Assembly: GCA_002633005.1 (NCBI GenBank)
Contig: NMRA01000080.1
Coordinates: 773,291-837,290 of the forward strand
Source of the DNA: Phoronis australis
Lineage: Eukaryota; Animalia; Phoronida
Length of the DNA stretch: 64,000 nt
Direction of reading: 5' to 3'
A model generated the notes under the pieces. It searched no databases and was not told the origin of the DNA. It saw nothing but the letters and a program-made list of their open reading frames with translations. Both the position numbers and the translations under genes were made by a program. Shown here in pieces: positions 62,236-64,000 of this stretch; the first letter of the stretch is position 1; the number at the start of each line of letters is the position of its first letter.

Positions 62236-62628
62236 GGCACACTTTTTATCATCAGGTGTAACCAGAGGGCACAGCTTCAAACCTGGTCAGAAATATTCTT
62301 GAGAGTGTAATTTTGGCTAGTGTAAAGACCACTGCGTGGTTTTGTAAATTCTAGACTTTGCTATAGGCACACTTTTTATCATCAGGTGTACCCAAAGGGC
62401 ACAGCTTCAAACCTGGTCAGAAATATCCTTGAGAGTGTATAGGCTTTTGGCTAGTGTAAAGACCACTGCGTGGTTTTGTAAATTCTAGACTTTGCTAAAG
62501 GCACACTTTTTATCATCAGGTGTACTCAAAGGGCACAGCTTCAAACCTGGTCAGAAATATTCTTGAGAGTGTAATTTTGGCTAGTGCAAAGACCAGTGCG
62601 TGGTTTTGTAAATTCTAGACTTTGCTAT
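62236..62628. repeat. About 130-bp tandem repeat x3, near-identical units
   Basis: ggcacactttttatcatcaggtgta starts at 62236, 62366, 62500. Confidence 0.95.
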
Positions 62629-64000
62629 CGATTTGGTAACCATGGTGCATTAAGTTATTATTAAGGTGCAAGATTTACCCCTTATCAAAATGTCGTGTCA
62701 TTTAAAATTTGGGACAGGTGTCCTTGGATATTTCTTATGCAACGAAAGTCACCGTTTCACTCTATGTATCATCTCATCCCAGTTGTGTCCCGGTTGGAGG
62801 TGGGAGATAAGTAGTCACACTGTCAGGCCATGCAACTCTACCCGATATGTTGTGTGCAGTACAACTTCAAATATGTTGAACAGTTTTACGAATTATTGCA
62901 TACTTCCATAGATGAAGAGAGGTTACTGGTATGGAGAACTTGATCCCTTATGTTTTTTGCAGATTTTGTCAACAATTGTGCCTCCTGGTGGCAATTTAAG
63001 ATATCATTTTGTTCCATTCACTTGTGTGTAATCGGGGAGGTTTTGGTAATGCTTTGTGGAATTGTTAATTAAAATGCACGTGGCAAGTGTACCCCAGCTA
63101 TAACCCACATGCAAGATGGTCTTTGACTATATGTGATGAAGAAACACTGGGACTGTTGTTAAGAAACGGGCTTCAGTGCTCAAAGCAAGCAGGTCTGTCT
63201 GATTGGCACTGTCCATTATTTAGTTCATTCTTAGACTCTAGCATTTTTGTCTGGTTTCAATTCACAGATAGCATATTATTGTGAGCTTGCAATATATTGG
63301 GAGGGTGGGATTCCATCTCCCGTAGCTATATTGGATTTCAATTATGAATGTGACATGGGGTCCTTTCACTGTCGGCATATTCACCATTTGTGCTTGCCAG
63401 TGTTCTATTTGAGCGTGTTATTGGGACAATTGATTTTATGGGTCCAAAGTTCAGTCCTGAGGCACGCGCAAGTGTAGCCTCGCAGCCTCCAGCGCACAGT
63501 CAGCTTCTGGCAAACTGAAAATACAGTTCGTGACTGTATTGACTTAGTATGTGGACAGAGAAGACTAGCCTGATAGGGTGTCGCATTAATGCTGCGCATC
63601 ATTTACTACCAAGTAATGCCAGTGCAGTGTAAACAGACAGCGGGAGTATACATGTGATGCTGTAACCCATGACAACACGGAATAATTGTTGTAATAAGGG
63701 ACCAATCTGTGCCTTGCTACGGTACTTGACGCCAGTTCTTTGACCAATCACGAGCAAGCAATGATCGAAGCAATTCTAGTCTCTGGGTAGGTACTAGTTT
63801 AACAGTTATCAAGTCTCTTCCCGATGACCTTCAGTAATGAGAAAAAGGAGCTTTTATCCCGGACTACTTTACTGCAGTTGGATGTATAATGCTCAAGTTT
63901 AAATTGTTGTGAAATCACAGTAATTTTGAGCTCATTTCGACTTCTGTCCCACATTTGAGTTCAAAGGATTCCAAACCCGGTTTTGGCCTATTAACAAATA

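Noticed and set aside
62250-62520. CTGATGA on the minus strand of each 130-bp unit (retrozyme-like array?)
   Set aside because: No stem II or GAAA follows the motif.

Overview
AT-rich, intron-rich animal genomic DNA, probably a marine invertebrate (inferred from repeat types and gene content). Most ORFs in the track are spurious or exon fragments. Two + strand spliced genes can be assembled by hand with GT-AG introns and consistent phases. (1) The last 8 exons (707-6768, about 340 aa) of a WD40 gene recognisable as dynein-2 intermediate chain DYNC2I1/WDR60. (2) A 13-coding-exon gene (30661-61026, about 1425 aa) of the ITPRID/SSFA2(KRAP)/TESPA1 IP3-receptor-binding family, possibly with a 5' end near 10.6-10.8 kb. 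Non-coding DNA holds many non-autonomous elements: a decayed Penelope-like RT, MITEs, fold-backs, tRNA-derived SINEs, Helentron/HINE-like elements and minisatellites. The best leads are: three tandem AKAP-like helices plus an RVxF-like motif in the large ITPRID exon (candidate PKA/PP1 scaffold on the IP3 receptor); a HINE-like family carrying co-oriented CTCF-like motifs mostly 130-170 bp apart; minimal hammerhead-ribozyme motifs at three loci; and tandem repeats that multiply a splice donor and a branch-point region. All family assignments come from motif recognition by eye, not database searches.
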